64,000 bases of DNA from contig CALSNJ010000005.1 in NCBI GenBank assembly GCA_943787745.1, positions 108,455-172,454 of the forward strand. The letters run 5' to 3'. The position numbers and the translations under genes were made by a program. Below, piece by piece: positions 17,101-28,724 of the stretch. Positions within the stretch are counted from its first letter, which is position 1. Every line of letters begins with the position of its first letter. A model generated the notes under the pieces. That model had not been told where the DNA came from. It made no database searches and saw only the letters and a list, made by a program, of their open reading frames with translations. The DNA comes from an uncultured Alphaproteobacteria bacterium. GTDB lineage: Bacteria > Pseudomonadota > Alphaproteobacteria > UBA6615.

Positions 17101-18018
17101 ATGACCCCATCCGAAGCACAATCCACGCTTGATGCGTTGCTGGCGCAATGTCGTGAGACCGGCACGCCCTGCGGCGATGGTGAAATGATTTGGCGTATCT
17201 GGGGCAACCCGGATACGTCCCAGCCGCCGGTGGTATTACTGCATGGCGGCTTCGGTTCGTGGAACCACTGGGTGCGCAATATTCCGGTGTTGGCGCAGGA
17301 CCGCATGGTGATTGCCGCAGACCTGCCGGGCTGCGGAGATTCCGCTCTGCCCGCGTCTCCCTATGACGCGGCAAGCGTCGCGGGGCTCGTCGCGGACGGG
17401 CTGGACGCGGTTCTGCCGGACGGAACAGATTTCGACATGGTGTCCTTTTCGTTCGGCGGGGTGCTGTCGGGCATGATCGCGCAACGCCATGCCGACCGCC
17501 TGCGCAGCCTGACCATTGTCGGGACGCCGATTCTCGGCCTGGCGACCACCGGCCCGGCCAATGAACTGGTCGCGGTGCCATCCGATGCCACGCCCGAGAC
17601 AGCTGCAGAGCTGTATCGCGGGAATCTGGAAAAACTGATGGTCCGCGATCCTGCGACGATCGATGATCTGGCAATGACCCTGCATATGGACAACATGGCC
17701 AAGGGACGCCTGCGATCCCGGGGCATTGCGCGAAAATATCCGGCCGCGCCAGACCTGCTGGGTGTTTCATGTCGTTTGAACTTCATTTTCGGCGATGGCG
17801 ATGTGACCCTCGATCCCGGCCTCGATGCCATCCGCGCTTATGTCGATACCCATCACGTCGGCGCGGGGTTCGATGTTATCCCGGGCGCGGGGCATTGGGT
17901 TCAATATGAGGCTGCGGGCCAGTTCAACGACTGTCTGATGGCTTTGCTCGAAGGGCTGGATGATCCCGATGGAGTGGGCGGTCACGACTCTCCAGAACTA
18001 CGTCATACCCGGACTTGA
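17101..18018 (+). CDS. Alpha/beta hydrolase fold protein
   Basis: VVLLHGGFGSWNHW...FSFGG nucleophile-elbow-like motif. 305 aa. The C-terminal tail runs into an R1 repeat. Confidence 0.7.
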   Translation: MTPSEAQSTLDALLAQCRETGTPCGDGEMIWRIWGNPDTSQPPVVLLHGGFGSWNHWVRNIPVLAQDRMVIAADLPGCGDSALPASPYDAASVAGLVADGLDAVLPDGTDFDMVSFSFGGVLSGMIAQRHADRLRSLTIVGTPILGLATTGPANELVAVPSDATPETAAELYRGNLEKLMVRDPATIDDLAMTLHMDNMAKGRLRSRGIARKYPAAPDLLGVSCRLNFIFGDGDVTLDPGLDAIRAYVDTHHVGAGFDVIPGAGHWVQYEAAGQFNDCLMALLEGLDDPDGVGGHDSPELRHTRT

Positions 18019-18090
18019 TCCGGGTATCCACGTCCAGACATTTCGTGAAACGACTACGTGGATGGCCGGATCAAGTCCGGCCATGACGGA
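18001..18090. repeat. REP-like paired hairpin element (family R1)
   Basis: CGTCATACCCGGACTTGATCCGGGTATCCACG ... CGTGGATGGCCGGATCAAGTCCGGCCATGACGG. Confidence 0.7.
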
Positions 18091-18105
18091 TAGTGAGAAG
18101 TGCAG

Positions 18106-18522
18106 CTACTCCGCCTTCTTTTCCGGCAGCTTGGCTTCTTTCTTGATGGTCGGGCCCTCGGCTTTGACCCAGGCACCGTAGCCGCCGCGCATATGGGCGA
18201 CCGGAGCCAGCCCCATATCGTTGACGGCTTTGGCCGCAAGCGCGGAACGCAGGCCACCCGCGCAGTAGAAAATGAACTTCTTGCCGGTGGTGAAAATCTC
18301 CCGGTGATAGGGGCTTTCAGGGTCGACCCAGAATTCAAGCATGCCGCGGGGCATGTGTTGCGCGCCGGGGATTGTGCCGTCGCGCCACAGCTCGCGCACA
18401 TCGCGGATATCGACCAGAACGACATCTTCGTCGTTCTGAACCTCCATGACCTGCTCAACGGTCATGGTTTCGATTTGCTCTTCGGCTTCTGCGCAAAGCT
18501 GATGGATGCCCTTGGTGATCAT
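18106..18522 (-). CDS. Rhodanese-like domain protein (single-domain sulfurtransferase)
   Basis: Active-site loop FYCAGGLRSA (CxGGxRS). 138 aa. Confidence 0.8.
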   Translation of the reverse strand: MITKGIHQLCAEAEEQIETMTVEQVMEVQNDEDVVLVDIRDVRELWRDGTIPGAQHMPRGMLEFWVDPESPYHREIFTTGKKFIFYCAGGLRSALAAKAVNDMGLAPVAHMRGGYGAWVKAEGPTIKKEAKLPEKKAE

Positions 18523-18714
18523 TCTCTTCTCCCGTTCCCCCGTCCGTTCGTTCGGGGTGGCCTGACATTATATCTGTCATGAATATACATATTCTTTCGT
18601 ATTGGGACTCGAAACCATGGGGGGGAAATGTGCTATTGAAGACCCATCGAACGCGGCGCGAATTGGCGCGCGATCTCAGGACACAAATTAGACGATGAGA
18701 CAGGGACGAACGTC

Positions 18715-20889
18715 ATGACGGATATGATCCAGGCCGGAAACATTCAGGTTGCCGCCGAGCTCTATAATTTCATCAACGATGAAGCATTGCCGGGAACCGG
18801 CGTCGACCAGGATCATTTCTGGGCTTCTGTTGATTCACTGGTCAACGAGCTGGGCCCGCGCAACGCGGAACTGCTGGCAAAGCGCGACGACCTTCAGGCC
18901 AAGCTCGATGCCTGGCACAAGGCGCACCGTGACAGTGAATTCGACCCGACGGCCTACAAGGCCTTCCTGACCGAGATCGGCTATCTGGTGGCTGAAGGCG
19001 AGGCATTCGGCGTCGAAACCGCCAATGTGGACCCGGAAATCTCGACCATCGCCGGCGCCCAGCTGGTGGTGCCGATCACCAATGCCCGTTACGCGCTGAA
19101 CGCGGCCAATGCCCGCTGGGGCAGCCTGTACGACGCGCTTTATGGCACGGATGTCATTTCCGAAGATGGCGGCGCCGAGCTCGGCTCTGGTTACAATCCG
19201 GCCCGTGGTGCAAAGGTCATTGCGTATGCGCGTGATGTGCTCGATTCTGCCGCAACTCTGGCGTCTGGCTCGCATGCAGACGCAACCGGTTACACGGTTG
19301 AAGGTGGTGCGCTGGCGGTTGCCACCGGATCGGGCTCGACCGGTTTGGCCGATCCGTCCCAATTTGTTGGCTATCGCGGTGACGCCGGTGCCCCCAGCGC
19401 CATTCTGCTGGTGCATAACAATCTGCACATGGAAATCGTGATCGATCGAAGCCACCCCATCGGCAAGGATGATGCCGCCGGTGTGGCCGATCTGGTGCTC
19501 GAAGCGGCCATGACCACGATCATGGATTACGAAGATTCCGTGGCGACCGTCGATGCCGAGGACAAGGTTGTTGCCTATTCCAACTGGCTCGGCCTCAACA
19601 AGGGCACGCTGACCGCATCCTTCGAGAAGGGCGGCAAGACCGTCGAGCGCGCCATGGAAGGCGACCGGACTTATACAGCTCCTGACGGTGGTGAGCTGAC
19701 CCTGCACGGGCGTTCGCTGATGCTGGTCCGCAATGTCGGTCATCTGATGACCATTGGCATGGTGACCGACAAGGACGGCAACCCGGCCTTTGAAGGCATT
19801 CTCGATGGCATCTTCTCGGCGCTGATCGCGATGCACGACCTGCAGGGCAAGGGCACCCACGCCAACAGCCGTGCGGGTTCGGTCTACATCGTGAAGCCGA
19901 AAATGCACGGGCCGGAAGAGGTTGCCTTTTCCGATGAGCTGTTCGGCAAGATCGAGGACGCGCTTGGTCTGGCGCGCAACACCATCAAGATGGGCATCAT
20001 GGATGAGGAACGCCGCACCACGGTGAACCTCAAGGAATGCATCCGGGCCGCCAAGAACCGCGTGTTCTTCATCAACACAGGCTTCCTCGATCGCACGGGC
20101 GACGAGATGCACACCTCCATGGAAGCCGGCGCGATGATCCGCAAGGGTGACATGAAGGCCGCGCCGTGGATCCAGTCCTACGAGGACTGGAACGTGGATA
20201 TCGGTCTGGAATGTGGCCTGCCGGGCCATGCCCAGATCGGCAAGGGCATGTGGGCTATGCCGGACCTGATGGCGCTCATGATGGAGCAGAAAATCGGTCA
20301 TCCGAACGCTGGTGCCAACACCGCCTGGGTGCCCTCACCAACCGCCGGTACGCTGCATGCGCTGCATTATCATCAGGTTGATGTGGCCGCGCGTCAGGCC
20401 GAGCTCAAGTCACGTGGCCGGGCCAATATCGACAACATTCTGACCATTCCGGTCACGGACCGGCCGAACTGGCCGGACGCCGACATTCAGGCTGAGCTCG
20501 ACAACAATGCTCAGGGTATTCTGGGTTACGTCGTCCGCTGGATCGATCAGGGCGTTGGCTGTTCCAAAGTGCCCGATATCAACGATGTCGGACTGATGGA
20601 AGATCGCGCGACCTTGCGGATTTCCAGCCAGCACATCGCCAACTGGATGCATCACGGCATCGCCTCGCAAGAGCAGGTGATGGAGACCATGAAGCGCATG
20701 GCCGGCGTGGTCGACGAGCAGAATGCCGGTGACCCGCTCTATCGCCCGATGGCCGAGGATTTCGATGGCTCGATTGCCTTCCAGGCAGCCTGCGATCTGG
20801 TCTTCAAGGGACTGGTGCAGCCCAACGGCTACACCGAGCCGATCCTGCACGCCCGTCGTCTCGAGGCGAAAGCCAAGTTCGGCGGTTAG
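18715..20889 (+). CDS. glcB: Malate synthase G
   Basis: 724 aa. [31 protein letters not shown]... and overall length are diagnostic of malate synthase G. Confidence 0.9.
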   Translation: MTDMIQAGNIQVAAELYNFINDEALPGTGVDQDHFWASVDSLVNELGPRNAELLAKRDDLQAKLDAWHKAHRDSEFDPTAYKAFLTEIGYLVAEGEAFGVETANVDPEISTIAGAQLVVPITNARYALNAANARWGSLYDALYGTDVISEDGGAELGSGYNPARGAKVIAYARDVLDSAATLASGSHADATGYTVEGGALAVATGSGSTGLADPSQFVGYRGDAGAPSAILLVHNNLHMEIVIDRSHPIGKDDAAGVADLVLEAAMTTIMDYEDSVATVDAEDKVVAYSNWLGLNKGTLTASFEKGGKTVERAMEGDRTYTAPDGGELTLHGRSLMLVRNVGHLMTIGMVTDKDGNPAFEGILDGIFSALIAMHDLQGKGTHANSRAGSVYIVKPKMHGPEEVAFSDELFGKIEDALGLARNTIKMGIMDEERRTTVNLKECIRAAKNRVFFINTGFLDRTGDEMHTSMEAGAMIRKGDMKAAPWIQSYEDWNVDIGLECGLPGHAQIGKGMWAMPDLMALMMEQKIGHPNAGANTAWVPSPTAGTLHALHYHQVDVAARQAELKSRGRANIDNILTIPVTDRPNWPDADIQAELDNNAQGILGYVVRWIDQGVGCSKVPDINDVGLMEDRATLRISSQHIANWMHHGIASQEQVMETMKRMAGVVDEQNAGDPLYRPMAEDFDGSIAFQAACDLVFKGLVQPNGYTEPILHARRLEAKAKFGG

Positions 20890-20915
20890 ACTCGGATTTC
20901 AGGCATGAGATAGAA

Positions 20916-20947
20916 GAGGGCGGGTTTCAGACCCGCCCTTTTTCTTT
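20916..20947 (+). terminator. Rho-independent terminator
   Basis: GAGGGCGGGTTTCAGACCCGCCC followed by TTTTTCTTT, between convergent glcB and the regulator gene. Confidence 0.75.
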
Positions 20948-20949
20948 GG

Positions 20950-22413
20950 TCAGGCGCTGGCTGACGAATAGGCTGAAACGCCGCGGGCGTTCTCGTCGGT
21001 TTCCAGAGCATGTGCGACCGGTGGGAAGGCGCGCTGGCCGCAATCCATGCGTGGACAGGTGCGGCAGGACACACCAATCGGCACGATCCGTTCCGGGCGT
21101 TCAAGATTGATCCCGTCCGCATAGACCAGGGCTGCTGCATCACTCATCTCACAGCCCAGGCCGATCGACAGGTAGCTGCGGGGCTGGCCATAGCCGCCAT
21201 TGGCCTTGTGAACCGTGCGGGCGATGCAAAAGAAGGTTTTGCCGTCGGGCATTTGGGATATCTGGACGTTGATGGTGCCGGGCTGCAGAAACGCGGTGTA
21301 GACGTTCCAGCGCGGGCACGCCCCACCGTGGCGGGGGATGTGGATCCCCGAGAGCGAGAATCGTTTGGAGATGTTGCCGGCGATATCCGCGCGCAGCAGA
21401 TGGAATGGCACGCCGCGCTTGCGTGGGCGCTGCAAGGTGGTGAGGCGGTGGCAGGCCTGTTCGAAGCTCACTCCGAACCGGTGCTGGAGCAGTTCGACAT
21501 CATAGCGGTGGGTCTTGGCGGCCTTGTGGAAGGTGTCATAGGGCATCAAGAGCGCGCCCGCGAAGTAGTTGGCCAGCGCGATCCGGGCGAGGGTGCGCCC
21601 ATCTTCATTGGTGAAGTCCCCTTCGTCCACCAGCATGTCGATCTCGCGGTCTGCGGCGAGTAGCCCGATCTGGTGTGCAGCCTGAAAGTTTCGGCTGTCG
21701 GCGGGAAGCATTTTGGAGAGCCCGAGGATGCGCGAGTCGGGATCGAACCGCCGCACGGCGCGGGTATCGTCTTCGGGCATATCCATCACGCGCACACCGA
21801 AGGTGTTTGTCAGGAAGGTGCTCATCGCACCCAGCGTGTCTTCGCCGGACAGGGACGAATCGTGATTCACCCGTTCCGCGGATTCTTCGAGTTCGGGAAA
21901 ATAGTTTGCGCGCGCCTGCAGGAAGTCCGACACCTGTTCGCTGGGCAGCCGGTCACTGATTGTCACGTCATCATGATTGGTGCGCGCTTGGGCGCCGACG
22001 GTTTCGGCATCGTCACGCATGTTCCGGTAGCGGTCATAGAGCGCGAGAATTGCGCGGGCGACGGTGGAGTTGGAGGTCACCAGATCACGCACATCGGTGG
22101 TCGTCAGATCGATATCCCCGAACAGGTCATCGCCGAAGGCTTCCATCAGATCGGCGCTCAGGCGTCCTTCATCGCTCTCGGCGATCTCGCTGAGTTCGAG
22201 CTCGAACCGTTCGGCCAGTTTGATCAGCAGCGGGACGGTGAGGTTGCGCCGGTTGTGTTCGATCAGATTGAGATAGCTTGCCGAGATCCCGAGTTCGATC
22301 GCCAGGGCCGCCTGGCTCAGGCCTTCCTGCCGGCGCAAACGACGGATTCGGCCGCCGAGCTTCGGGGTGTCGGACTTCGGGGCGTCGGTGGATGCGATCT
22401 GGAGATTGGTCAT
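20950..22413 (-). CDS. XRE-family transcriptional regulator with ImmA/IrrE-like metallopeptidase domain (short-chain fatty acyl-CoA regulator / RamB-like)
   Basis: N-terminal HTH LGGRIRRLRRQEGLSQAALAIELGISASYLNLIEHNRRNLTV plus a long C-terminal domain. Encoded between glcB and aceA, which is the arrangement characteristic of RamB/ScfR regulators. Confidence 0.7.
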   Translation of the reverse strand: MTNLQIASTDAPKSDTPKLGGRIRRLRRQEGLSQAALAIELGISASYLNLIEHNRRNLTVPLLIKLAERFELELSEIAESDEGRLSADLMEAFGDDLFGDIDLTTTDVRDLVTSNSTVARAILALYDRYRNMRDDAETVGAQARTNHDDVTISDRLPSEQVSDFLQARANYFPELEESAERVNHDSSLSGEDTLGAMSTFLTNTFGVRVMDMPEDDTRAVRRFDPDSRILGLSKMLPADSRNFQAAHQIGLLAADREIDMLVDEGDFTNEDGRTLARIALANYFAGALLMPYDTFHKAAKTHRYDVELLQHRFGVSFEQACHRLTTLQRPRKRGVPFHLLRADIAGNISKRFSLSGIHIPRHGGACPRWNVYTAFLQPGTINVQISQMPDGKTFFCIARTVHKANGGYGQPRSYLSIGLGCEMSDAAALVYADGINLERPERIVPIGVSCRTCPRMDCGQRAFPPVAHALETDENARGVSAYSSASA

Positions 22414-22472
22414 GGCGGAATTCCGGGGTTTTCGACGGTTTCGCTTTACAGAATTTTCAATTGCGACGCAGC

Positions 22473-22491
22473 AAATTTACAAAAATTTACA
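22473..22491. promoter_or_regulatory. Tandem direct repeat AAATTTACA-AA-AATTTACA in the regulator/aceA divergent promoter region
   Basis: AT-rich 194-bp intergenic region. The repeated 9-mer is a candidate operator. Confidence 0.3.
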
Positions 22492-22607
22492 CGTTTTCTT
22501 CAACAATACCAGCAACTTGTTGCATTGTGCGTGTGCGCTGTCAATTCTTCACAGCATAGGTTGCGCGGCATGGTGTCGTTCAACGATATCTTTTACGGAG
22601 AATTCAA

Positions 22608-23924
<1,317 letters not shown>

Positions 23925-23948
23925 GATTGCGGGTCGGGAGTTGAGAGT

Positions 23949-23980
23949 GGGGGCTCGCGCTTCGGCGCGGGCCCTTTTCT
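23949..23980 (+). terminator. Rho-independent terminator (GC hairpin with TTCG loop + T-run)
   Basis: GGGGGCTCGCGC-TTCG-GCGCGGGCCC followed by TTTTCT. Confidence 0.65.
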
Positions 23981-23996
23981 GTGGGGGAACTGTGTC

Positions 23997-25190
23997 TCAG
24001 CGTTCGGCAGTGCGCACGAGCCACATGCCGAACCCGGTCAGGACGCCCAGTCCCAGCAGGCAAGAGCCCAGCGGGATGGTGGTGCTTGTGTCCATATTGC
24101 TCAGCACGAAGACGATGATCGAGCCGATGCCCAATTGGGTGAAACCCAGAAAGGAGGACGCCGATCCGGCTATGCGCGGATCGACACCTGTCGCGCCCGC
24201 GAGCGCGTTGGGGAAAATGAACCCGTTGAAGAAGGCGAAGACGACAATCGGGGCCACGATGGTGAACACGCTGGGCGATTCGACGAAGATCACCAGCGAC
24301 AATGCGGGCAGGGTGATGCCGATGGTCGCCACCCAGAGCGTGCGGTCCAGTCCGAGTTTTCCCACCAGGCGGCTCGAAACATAGGCGCCAATCACGAATT
24401 GCGTGGCGATGACCATGAGCGACAGACTGAACTTGAACGGCGAAAGCCCCTGACCCTCGATCAAAAGGCCGGGTCCGACGGCGAGATACCCAAAAAACCC
24501 TGTGGTTCCGAACGCAAAGGTCAGTGTGTAGCCGATATAAAGGCGGGAATTGAACAATCGCGCATAGCGCATGAAGATGGTCGTCCAGCTGTCCGGCTGG
24601 CCGCCGTGCAAGGGCCGCGTTTCGCGCAGCCAGATGCTGGCCCCCAGCGCCATTACGCCGGCCATGATGGCGAGGAATCCAAAAATCCAGCGCCAGCCGA
24701 AATAGGTGTCGATCGCGCCGCCGATCACCGGGCCCACGGCAGGGGCAACGGATTGCAGCATGGCGACAAAAGCCATCATGCGGGCGGCTTCCAGCCCTCT
24801 ATAGGTGTCCTGAACGACAGCGCGCGGTGTGACGAGTGCGGCGCATCCGCCTGCGCCCTGAAGCACGCGTGCCAGAATCAAGATATCGATACTGTTTGCC
24901 AGGGCGGCGCCCACGCTGGCCACGCCATAGATCAGCAATCCGCCATAAAGAACGGGCTTGCGTCCAAACCGGTCGGACAACGGCCCCACGACGAGCTGGG
25001 AGACCGCGAAGCTCAAGAGAAAGGCTGAGATAATCAGCTGGGTTGTGCCGTATGTGGCACCAAAAGTGTTTGCGATGGCCGGGATAGACTGGACAGGGAT
25101 GCCAAGCGAAAGCGGACTGATGGCTGCGAGCAGCCCGAGAAAGGCAATCGGCGGGATCCGAGATTGCGACGTGGTGTCCGGGGTGCTCAT
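23997..25190 (-). CDS. MFS transporter, Bcr/CflA drug-resistance subfamily
   Basis: 12-TMS-like hydrophobic profile. PLSDRFGRKPVL MFS motif A. Confidence 0.8.
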   Translation of the reverse strand: MSTPDTTSQSRIPPIAFLGLLAAISPLSLGIPVQSIPAIANTFGATYGTTQLIISAFLLSFAVSQLVVGPLSDRFGRKPVLYGGLLIYGVASVGAALANSIDILILARVLQGAGGCAALVTPRAVVQDTYRGLEAARMMAFVAMLQSVAPAVGPVIGGAIDTYFGWRWIFGFLAIMAGVMALGASIWLRETRPLHGGQPDSWTTIFMRYARLFNSRLYIGYTLTFAFGTTGFFGYLAVGPGLLIEGQGLSPFKFSLSLMVIATQFVIGAYVSSRLVGKLGLDRTLWVATIGITLPALSLVIFVESPSVFTIVAPIVVFAFFNGFIFPNALAGATGVDPRIAGSASSFLGFTQLGIGSIIVFVLSNMDTSTTIPLGSCLLGLGVLTGFGMWLVRTAER

Positions 25191-25199
25191 CTTTGAGCG

Positions 25200-25613
25200 C
25201 TAGTCTTCGAGCCAGTCGGAAAAATACTTGCCCGCACCGCCACCAAGCTTGCCCGGGTCGGCCTGAAAGAGTTCGAGCAATACGCCATCGGGTGCCGGAC
25301 ACATGATGTATTTCCAGGCATCGAAATCGCGAATACCGCTGCGGAATTCAACACCCTTGCTGCGTAGACGCGTTTCAAGCGCTTCGAGATCGTCGGTACG
25401 AATGCCGATGTGGTGCACCGCGCCGTGTCCGTCGTCACGGGGTGCCTGATCGTAGAGATGCAGGCGACCAGAACCTATCCGCATGAAGACGTTGCGCGCG
25501 CCGCCAAATTCGCCGTCATAAGCGACTTCTGCACCCAGCATGTCGCACCACCAGGCAATCGTGGCCTCGATGTCTGAACAGAAGAGATGGGTGTGATGGA
25601 GGTGTTCGGTCAT
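25200..25613 (-). CDS. VOC family protein (glyoxalase/bleomycin-resistance fold)
   Basis: Start taken at internal ATG (MTEHLHHTHLFCSDIEATIAWW...HHIGIRTDD). The 40-codon 5' extension of the listed ORF is rejected. Confidence 0.65.
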   Translation of the reverse strand: MTEHLHHTHLFCSDIEATIAWWCDMLGAEVAYDGEFGGARNVFMRIGSGRLHLYDQAPRDDGHGAVHHIGIRTDDLEALETRLRSKGVEFRSGIRDFDAWKYIMCPAPDGVLLELFQADPGKLGGGAGKYFSDWLED

Positions 25614-25755
25614 GGGAAGTCCTGATGAAGGTTGTGTGATTCTATCATGACAGTGTGTTGGGCGCGTCCGGTTTCCTGCATGGCAGATGAGTGGCAGGAT
25701 GGTTGATCTTTGTTGGGTTTGAACCAATCTCAAACGCGCATATCTGGAGGGGTAT

Positions 25756-26646
25756 ATGACATTTATTGATCCGAAAATGCGCTACGAGAAAAAGTATCTC
25801 GAAGTAAATGGTCGACGTATCGCCTATGTGGATGAGGGCGAGGGCGACCCTATCGTGTTTGTCCACGGCAATGCGACGTCATCCTATATGTGGCGCAATG
25901 TCATGCCGCATCTTGAGGGGCTCGGCCGGCTGATTGCGCTCGACAATATCGGCCAGGGCGATTCCGACAAGCTGCCTGATAGCGGTCCCGACAGCTACAT
26001 GATCCCCGAGCATCTGATTTACTTCGATGGAGCGCTCAATGCGCTGGGTGTGCGGGAGAATGTGACATTTGTGATGCATGACTGGGGTGGATCGCTCGGG
26101 CTTTCCTGGGCCAACCGGCACCCGGATGCGCTCAAGGGTCTGGCCCATTGCGAAATCGTGGTCGCCAATCACGCGAGTTACGATTCCTATCGAGATGGCC
26201 ACGGAGAACGGGTCCGCCGGGCTCAGGGCCCCGAAGGCGAGGCATTGGTGCTCGAGGGTAATTTCTTTGTCGAGAATGTCTTCACCGGCGGGGTGATCCG
26301 TGAGGTTGATGCCGAGACCATGGCCGAAATTCGCCGCCCCTATGAGGAACCCGGCGAAGCCCGCCGCCCGACCCTGTCCTGGGTGAGGCAGATTCCCATT
26401 GGCGGAAAACCGGCCGAGGTTGCCGAAATGTCCGAACGTCTTGCGAACTGGATGGCAACAATCGACACCCCAAAGTTTTTTATTGAGGCAGACCCGGGCC
26501 AGATCATCGTTGATCGTGATCTCAGCATTATCGAAAGCTGGTCCAATCAGGACCGGATCAAGGTCCGTGGTCTACATCACCCGCAGGAAGATTCGCCCGA
26601 CGATATCGGGCGTGGTCTGGCGGATTGGTACAAGAAGATTTCGTAA
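25756..26646 (+). CDS. Haloalkane dehalogenase family protein (HLD-II-like alpha/beta hydrolase)
   Basis: HGNATSSYMWRN (halide-stabilising Asn), HDWGG (nucleophile Asp + Trp), CEIV (catalytic Glu after beta6), GLHHPQED (catalytic His). GGAGGGG RBS. Confidence 0.8.
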   Translation: MTFIDPKMRYEKKYLEVNGRRIAYVDEGEGDPIVFVHGNATSSYMWRNVMPHLEGLGRLIALDNIGQGDSDKLPDSGPDSYMIPEHLIYFDGALNALGVRENVTFVMHDWGGSLGLSWANRHPDALKGLAHCEIVVANHASYDSYRDGHGERVRRAQGPEGEALVLEGNFFVENVFTGGVIREVDAETMAEIRRPYEEPGEARRPTLSWVRQIPIGGKPAEVAEMSERLANWMATIDTPKFFIEADPGQIIVDRDLSIIESWSNQDRIKVRGLHHPQEDSPDDIGRGLADWYKKIS

Positions 26647-26657
26647 ACCACGTGAAC

Positions 26658-26756
26658 TCAGCATCCTTCGAGACGGCGCTCTGCGCCTCCTCAGGATGAG
26701 GGCGGTTCGGTTTCAAAGACCTCATCCTGAGGAGCGAGCGTCTCGAAGGATGCTGA
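26658..26756. repeat. ~100-bp nested palindromic element (family R2)
   Basis: Outer IR GCATCCTTCGAGACG/CGTCTCGAAGGATGC. Inner IR CTCCTCAGGATGAGG/CCTCATCCTGAGGAG. Starts 12 nt after the stop codon. Copies at 48828 and 55045. Confidence 0.75.
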
Positions 26757-26865
26757 ATTGCTTCGACCCAAAGACCCACAAGATTTTTCTCAGTGAGGTG
26801 GCACTTTGGATGGTCTTGCCGCATCCTGCCGCCCTTCTTTGCTTTCAATGTTCTGGTGACCTGAA

Positions 26866-27753
26866 ATGACCGATATCAGCCCAAAAATGCCCTATGAAAA
26901 GCAGTTCGTGGAGGTGCTTGGACAGAAGATGGCTTATGTCGAGCACGGGGAAGGTGACCCGATCGTGTTCCTCCACGGCAATGCCACATCGTCCTATATG
27001 TGGCGCAATATCATGCCGCATCTTGAGGGCCAGGGTCGGTTGATCGCACTCGACAATATCGGCCAGGGTGACTCGGCCCGTTTGCCGAACTCGGGTCCGG
27101 ACACCTACACGCTGGCGGAACACCAGACCTATATCGATGGCGCGCTCGACGCGCTGGGTGTGGCGGACAATGTCACCTTCATGTTGCATGACTGGGGAGG
27201 CCCGCTGGGCATGAACTGGGCCCATCGTCATGCCGACAAGATCAAGGGGCTGGCCTATAGCGAGGTGCTGGTCTGCAATCACGAAGCTTACAGCGATTAT
27301 CCCGACGCGGTGGGCAACATGCTCAAGCGCCTGCGCACCGATGAAGGGGAAACGCTGGTTCTCGAGAACAACTTCTTTGTCGAAAATGTCTTTGTTGCGG
27401 GCGTCATCCGGGAGATCGACGAAGAGACCATGAACGAAGTTCGTCGTCCTTATGCCGAGCCGGGCGAAAGCCGACGGGCCACGCTCACCTGGCCGCGCCA
27501 AATTCCCATCGAGGGCGACCCCGCTGATGTGGCCGCGCTGATGGATGTTCTCTCGGAGTGGATGCAGACAAACGACATTCCGAAATTGTTTGTGAATGTG
27601 GATCCGGGCCAAATCGTCTTTGAAAAGGACCTGGCGATCCTGCGCTCCTGGTCCCACACCACCGAAGTGACCGTGCGGGGCAAACATCATCCGCAGGAGG
27701 ACTCACCGCATGAGATCGGCAAGGCGCTGTCAGATTGGTATGCTGCGCTCTGA
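26866..27753 (+). CDS. Haloalkane dehalogenase family protein (tandem paralog, ~65% aa identity to 25756..26646)
   Basis: Same pentad motifs: HGNATSSYMWRN, HDWGG, SEVL, GKHHPQED. Confidence 0.8.
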   Translation: MTDISPKMPYEKQFVEVLGQKMAYVEHGEGDPIVFLHGNATSSYMWRNIMPHLEGQGRLIALDNIGQGDSARLPNSGPDTYTLAEHQTYIDGALDALGVADNVTFMLHDWGGPLGMNWAHRHADKIKGLAYSEVLVCNHEAYSDYPDAVGNMLKRLRTDEGETLVLENNFFVENVFVAGVIREIDEETMNEVRRPYAEPGESRRATLTWPRQIPIEGDPADVAALMDVLSEWMQTNDIPKLFVNVDPGQIVFEKDLAILRSWSHTTEVTVRGKHHPQEDSPHEIGKALSDWYAAL

Positions 27754-27790
27754 GTAAAAGTGGACAACAGGAACCATAGGGGAACACGTC

Positions 27791-28696
27791 ATGGATTATG
27801 AAAAGGTCTGGGAAGAGGTCGAGTTCTACTCTAACGACCACAAGACAGCCGCTTATCTCTACCGCCCGAAAGACTGGAAGCCCGGCGATCCGCCGCGTCC
27901 GGCCATTTCGGTGCTGCATGGCTACACCGGTATGAAAGATGTGTACGGCATGGATGTCCCCCAGTGGCTTTGGGAGAACGGCTATTTCGTAATTTCCCAT
28001 GACTATCCCGGGTTCGGTGTCAGTGAGGGTGAACGTGGTCGCCATCGTCCGTTGGAACAGGCACAAAGCGTCTATGACGCGGTCACCTATTTGCAGACGG
28101 TCGATGGTGTTGATCCCGAACGTATTGGATATTACGGCTCCAGTTATGGCGGTGCTCATGCGATTTGGTGCGCGGCCTTTGACGAACGCGTGAAGGTCGT
28201 CGTATCGGCCGTGATGGTGGCTGACGGCGAGCGCTGGATGCAATCCGTACGACGTCCCCATGAATGGGAAGAGTTCAAGGCGAAGGTCGAAGAGGCTGAA
28301 ACCAAACGCGTGCTGACAGGAGAAAAAACGCATATTCCCTTGCCTGAGATCATGCTGACCGATCCGCACACCCAGATGGTGATCGATCAGTTTCATGCGA
28401 AGAGCGGTCGCTACAATCCTGAATATGACCTTGAAAGCGCCATGGCGAATATGCGCTACAAACCGGAATGGGTGGCGCACAGGATTTCGCCACGTCCGGT
28501 CCTTATGGTCTATGCCGAGAACGATTGTCTTGTGCCTCCGGCAGAGCAGTTGTCCTGTTACGAAGCACTTGGTGAGCCGAAGAAGCTCGTGAAATTGCCG
28601 GGCATTCAACACTACGAATCCTATCAATTTTGCAATGCCGAAGCGCACGCAATTCAGAAGGCCGAAGCGCTGGAATGGTTTGAGAAATACCTCTAG
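27791..28696 (+). CDS. Alpha/beta hydrolase (dienelactone-hydrolase/esterase-like)
   Basis: GYYGSSYGG nucleophile elbow (GxSxG). Downstream ENDCLVP Asp and GIQHYESY His. Confidence 0.7.
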   Translation: MDYEKVWEEVEFYSNDHKTAAYLYRPKDWKPGDPPRPAISVLHGYTGMKDVYGMDVPQWLWENGYFVISHDYPGFGVSEGERGRHRPLEQAQSVYDAVTYLQTVDGVDPERIGYYGSSYGGAHAIWCAAFDERVKVVVSAVMVADGERWMQSVRRPHEWEEFKAKVEEAETKRVLTGEKTHIPLPEIMLTDPHTQMVIDQFHAKSGRYNPEYDLESAMANMRYKPEWVAHRISPRPVLMVYAENDCLVPPAEQLSCYEALGEPKKLVKLPGIQHYESYQFCNAEAHAIQKAEALEWFEKYL

Positions 28697-28724
28697 TACA
28701 GCCTGAAGCTGACTGGGAATTTGT

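Noticed and set aside
26845-27690. 281-aa minus-strand ORF opposite the second haloalkane dehalogenase
   Set aside because: Antisense to a gene with a complete catalytic pentad. No motifs, no RBS.
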